A DNA stretch of 64,000 bases from Candidatus Latescibacterota bacterium (GTDB lineage: Bacteria > Latescibacterota > CBDEFO01). This document shows, piece after piece, positions 60,275 to 64,000 of the stretch (position 1 is the first letter of the stretch; each line of letters starts with the position of its first letter). Both the position numbers and the translations under genes were made by a program. Location: contig OZ252149.1 in assembly GCA_965248755.1 (NCBI GenBank), positions 3,456,001-3,520,000 on the forward strand. Reading direction: 5' to 3'. The notes beneath the pieces are model-generated. The model made no database searches. It was not told where the DNA came from and saw nothing but the letters and a program-made list of their open reading frames with translations.

Positions 60275-61141
60275 TCAGGCGTCGTGGGGACGAGCCATTT
60301 GAGTCATAGCTGCGAAGGTCTCTTTGCTTGACCTTTGGGCATCCAACAGGTCGTTGTCGGAAACGGTCAGATAATTGCTGACCTCCCTCTGGCCCCGAAT
60401 ATACGGTTCGGCGTACGCAGCATGACCCCACCAGCCGGCATACCCCGCGAAACTCTCGATTCTCTTGCGGGCCAACTCTGGGGTGTGACCCTGGGTCTCA
60501 TAATGAGCCTCTGCCTTTATGCGATTAGCCACTTGATCTGAGATGTCTACGATCAGGTCGATCTCGTTGTGCCCAAATTCAACACCAATGTAGTAAATCT
60601 GAGCCACCCGATGCGGCTCCTTTTTGCGTTGCGGATCCGGTTGGGAGACGGCTTGCATTGTCTGATGGACGATCTGGCCAGCCGCGGCGTGGTCGTTATT
60701 CCAGAGACTTATGTGGCCCCGTTCGGGAGGATTATAAGGTGCATGGGTGATCACAATATGGGGCCGAATGTCGTAAAAGATATCGGCCAGCCAGCGATAC
60801 AGTTCCTTCGTGGCGTCAATGGGATGATCGGCAAAGGGCAATATGCGCACGTCGGTGATGCCGAACACGCCGCATACCTCGGTCATCTCCTTCTGTTTGG
60901 CTTCAGCCTGCTCTGCGCGGGTCCTCAGCAGGATCTCCTGTCGTCGTTCGCCGGGCGGCTTGCGAAGCTCGTCAGCCAGTTCTTCATCGTGGGTGGTGAC
61001 GCCGTCGGTCAGGGAGACAGCAGTTAGGGTATCGCCCCGCTCAATGTGATGAGCAGAGGTCCCAAGTGTGTAGGTAATATCATGTGGATGCGCGACAACA
61101 GAGAGCAATCGCAGCTTGTCGGGTACGCTCGGTGGACTCAT
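60275..61141 (-). CDS. PIG-L/LmbE family deacetylase
   Basis: VVAHPHD, LTDG, RPHIVITH, NDH, VDIS, HYETQ, YAE. Confidence 0.85.
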   Translation of the reverse strand: MSPPSVPDKLRLLSVVAHPHDITYTLGTSAHHIERGDTLTAVSLTDGVTTHDEELADELRKPPGERRQEILLRTRAEQAEAKQKEMTEVCGVFGITDVRILPFADHPIDATKELYRWLADIFYDIRPHIVITHAPYNPPERGHISLWNNDHAAAGQIVHQTMQAVSQPDPQRKKEPHRVAQIYYIGVEFGHNEIDLIVDISDQVANRIKAEAHYETQGHTPELARKRIESFAGYAGWWGHAAYAEPYIRGQREVSNYLTVSDNDLLDAQRSSKETFAAMTQMARPHDA

Positions 61142-61169
61142 TTGATTGTTCTCCTTGTGAAAAGAAATC

Positions 61170-61953
61170 TCAACTGCGGACCATATCCATGAACTCAAAC
61201 GCCGCCTTACGGATGATATCCAGCTCGCTCGGCAGAAAGAAGATCTGGGCTCCGCGTGCGCGCCCGCGCACGTAAGGAAGCGCGGTCCGACGCACTGCCT
61301 GCCACCGCGATCCCACGCGACATGGCTATCTTGGACACGTTGTCGACCGCAGCCGCTATCTCGGGGTGATCGAGCTGCCCCGGGACACCCCAGTCTACCG
61401 TCAGATCCACCGCACCAAATACAATCCCGTCAACCCATCCTGTGGACATCGTGGCTTCAGCGTTCTGGATGCCCTTTGCAGACTCAATCTTTAATATGAT
61501 CATTGTCGCGTCGTTTGCCTGCTCGCAATATCGGGCCACGTCAGGGATCCGAAAGTCGCTGTTTGGTCCGAAGGAAACCGCTCTCTCGCCCACGGGGGGA
61601 TACTTCATCCAGCCGGCAAGCTGCTCGACCTGCTCGGGAGTCTCGGCGTGAGGCAGCATGATGGCCAGAGCCCCAGCGTCCAGAATTCGGGAGATGAAGT
61701 ACCTCTCGTTCGTCGGCGCGCTTACCATCACGGCGAGCCCATTGTCGTTGGCTGTCACGATAAAATCGGTGAGCGTCTTCTCATTGTGCAGTTCGTGCTC
61801 TGCTTCCACAGCTATCATGTGGAAGCCAGCGTGGGCCGATATTTTTGCCACAACCGGCCGGGTCAGCTCCCAGACCTGAAACACAAATACAGGTTTGTCT
61901 TCCTTCAGTTGCTGCTTTGCTGTGTTGGTAATATATGCCTCGTCTGAGGGCAT
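61170..61953 (-). pseudogene. HpcH/HpaI aldolase family protein, probable 1-nt frameshift at ~61274
   Basis: EAEH, ILDAGA..LPH, KYPPVGER, KIES; alternative frame gives YVRGRARGAQIFFLPSELDIIRKAAFEFMDMVRS*. Confidence 0.75.
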
Positions 61954-62534
61954 TTTCGGAGTCTCCTGTTCAGTTAAGCCAGTGGTTTTGATGGATGTTA
62001 TTAGCAGAGGGAAAGGTTTATGTGAACTTTCTCAGAGTTTGAACGAGCAATTGGTAGCAAGAGCGTTCAGTTATCTGACATCTGCTGAGTTTGAAGCTGC
62101 ATATGAAAGAACTCATTAAGGCTCGATCCCCGATTGAACCCACAATTGAATCTATTGGGGGTCGGGGATCGAGCCTGGTGAAATAGCCTGAAAATGTGTC
62201 TAATTTTGGATTGCAATAAATGGATGTTGCGATTCTCGTGTATGTGACTCAGAAAATATATAGTGTATTTCTTTCTAAGTCAACGAAAAAGGAATGGAAT
62301 CGTCTCAGACAGATCCTCTAAACTCGCGACACTTAAAAGTACTACCTTCATCGCACCGTATGTTATTCGATCGCCCAACTAATGAAGGGGCGTAAAGGGA
62401 TAACCGCACTAGACTAAGCTGTACCAAGGCGGATTGTTCGATGACGGGGAAATTGTTCTTGACTTTCTGGGGCTGCATCCATACAATTATGGGGAAACTG
62501 GGGGCTGCAGTTCGGAACCGGGGCTCTTAGATGG

Positions 62535-62562
62535 CATACCGCTCCCTTTGACAGAGCGGCAA
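62535..62562 (+). mobile_element. Solo left end of the IS3-family element
   Basis: CATACCGCTCCCTTTGACAGAGCGGCAA vs IS end CATACCGCTCCCCTTGACAGAGCGACAA (2 mismatches). Confidence 0.8.
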
Positions 62563-62606
62563 GATCTACAATCAATAATGGGACCTACGAACAGGCTGAG
62601 GAAATT

Positions 62607-62957
62607 GTGCAAATAACCCGTCTCTATACCGGTCAAGATGAACATTCGCATTTTGAAGATATCGAAATCTCTCTGGAAGATGCTGGACAGATCGGTAAGC
62701 TGTCGAAACGCTATCCGGCAACAGGAGTTATCTTCCGTGAAAATGACGCAGACTACGACTACGACTGGCACAACGCGCCCCAAAGACAGTATATCATTAT
62801 GTTGGATGGCGAAGTTGAGATAGAGGTCGGCGACGGTACCAAACGCCGCTTCCGAGGCGGAGATACCCTGCTGGCTGAAGACACGACCGGATACGGACAC
62901 AGATCGCGTATTGTAAACAATCAACCCCGTAGGTCGATCTTTGTGACACTGGAGTGA
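62607..62957 (+). CDS. Cupin-like protein
   Basis: ITRLYTG..SHFED, DWHNAPQRQY, LAEDTTGYGH. Confidence 0.85.
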   Translation: MQITRLYTGQDEHSHFEDIEISLEDAGQIGKLSKRYPATGVIFRENDADYDYDWHNAPQRQYIIMLDGEVEIEVGDGTKRRFRGGDTLLAEDTTGYGHRSRIVNNQPRRSIFVTLE

Positions 62958-63359
62958 TAAGAACCAAGCATGGAACAAGAGGTAGTCGTATGGCTACGGG
63001 GGGTGATGGGATTCACTATGTTCGGGCACTTGCAGGTGATTTGCGGGAAAATGTCGTTTTCTATGAGGAGGGTTGCGATTGGTAAAGAAGACCGTCAACT
63101 TCGACGATCCCTACACCTAACATCTCTGCTGCGGCAACGATTGGTGGGACCGGGCACCATCATTACGTTCTTTCCCTGTAGATCTCAAGGGCGGCGGGTG
63201 CATCGTGGAAGGGTACAGCTTACGGGGACCGCCTTTTCCATGCCTGAAAGCGCGATGGGGTTTGGACAAAAGGATTAAGAGAGCACCACATCCAGGTTAA
63301 GGGACCATTTACCCATTTCGTCGAAAGAATCGTTGTGTTCCATTATCCCACAATTCCTA

Positions 63360-63388
63360 TTGACATGCAACAGTTCTCGTTGTATCTT
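63360..63388 (+). promoter_or_regulatory. Sigma70-type promoter
   Basis: TTGACA-17-TATCTT. Confidence 0.6.
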
Positions 63389-63527
63389 TACTGTCGAATA
63401 TTCAGCTTGAAACTTTTTTGCACTAAAGCAAGTCATAAGCATAAAGCTACCCTTAGCCTGCGGTTGAGGAAGCGATACAGATGTAGCTGGGTTTTAGGTT
63501 TGATCAACTAAGAAAAGGAGGTAGGCG

Positions 63528-64000
63528 ATGAGAGATCTTAGAACTATACGTTGTGCTTGCGAAGCGGTTCTTATGATGAGTTTGGTACTTTTGCTATTTC
63601 CTTTTCGTGTTTGGGGTCAGCAGGGATATTCCATCGTGGGCGGCAACAAGGTCGTCATAGATTTGAAAGAGCAATGGTCTGCCTGGAAGTTCGCTGCAAA
63701 GACGATCCAGGTCACCGATGAGGGGGTAAGACCTGGGTTCATGCGCAAGAGCACAGAAATAGAGATAGATGGCCAGATGGTGAGGGTTCCCGGCATAGAC
63801 GCTGTCGCAAATGCATCTGAGTTTGAAGAAGTTGACTTCAAATTGGAATTGGACGCAGGTTCTAACCTATCAATAGTCTCTGACCTTATGGATACTAACA
63901 TGACCACCTACTGGGAGCCCGACATGGATGCACCTATAGAGGACTGGTGGGTGGTCATAGATCTGGGGCGGCTTATATCTGTCACCAAGATCGTTCTCAG
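63528..64000 (+). CDS. Secreted protein with a discoidin-like domain (3'-truncated)
   Basis: AGGAGG RBS, signal-like N-terminus, LMDTNMTTYWEP..WWVVIDLGR..VTKIVL. Confidence 0.7.
   Translation, partial: MRDLRTIRCACEAVLMMSLVLLLFPFRVWGQQGYSIVGGNKVVIDLKEQWSAWKFAAKTIQVTDEGVRPGFMRKSTEIEIDGQMVRVPGIDAVANASEFEEVDFKLELDAGSNLSIVSDLMDTNMTTYWEPDMDAPIEDWWVVIDLGRLISVTKIVL

Overview
Bacterial chromosomal window, standard genetic code; the host has flagella and an outer membrane. (1) 1-23.8 kb: the end of a flagellar operon (flgK-flgL-fliW-csrA) runs into a probable flagellar glycosylation island. It holds a ~1990-aa TPR-GT9-GT-GT9-radical SAM-methyltransferase megaprotein, stand-alone methyltransferases, and genes in which different catalytic heads (sulfatase-like, FkbM, GT2) sit on related TPR tails. 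Four of these genes are cleanly interrupted by IS elements (three 1266-bp IS3-family copies, one IS1380). (2) 24-43 kb: a metal-uptake operon with a CxxC/RSPP leader ORF, an HDOD histidine kinase, a frameshifted FNR, a GGT, a TolB-like lipoprotein, an epimerase and a GT2. A ~1 kb highly structured non-coding region ending in a terminator precedes rne/rng-rplU-rpmA-mdh, followed by sdhC/sdhD pseudogenes. (3) 43.8-53.8 kb: a mosaic accessory region with two attC sites and no integrase. One cassette encodes a frameshifted HEPN-like/GGCT fusion, another consists of a fragment of the neighbouring oxidoreductase gene. A duplicated 451-aa gene and gene debris follow. (4) 53.8-64 kb: an nrdR-VOC-repeat protein-nrdJ operon with tandem NrdR boxes and a 57-bp tandem repeat, then a ThDP enzyme, PIG-L deacetylase, aldolase, solo IS end, cupin and a partial secreted protein. 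All calls come from reading motifs by eye; no searches were run.
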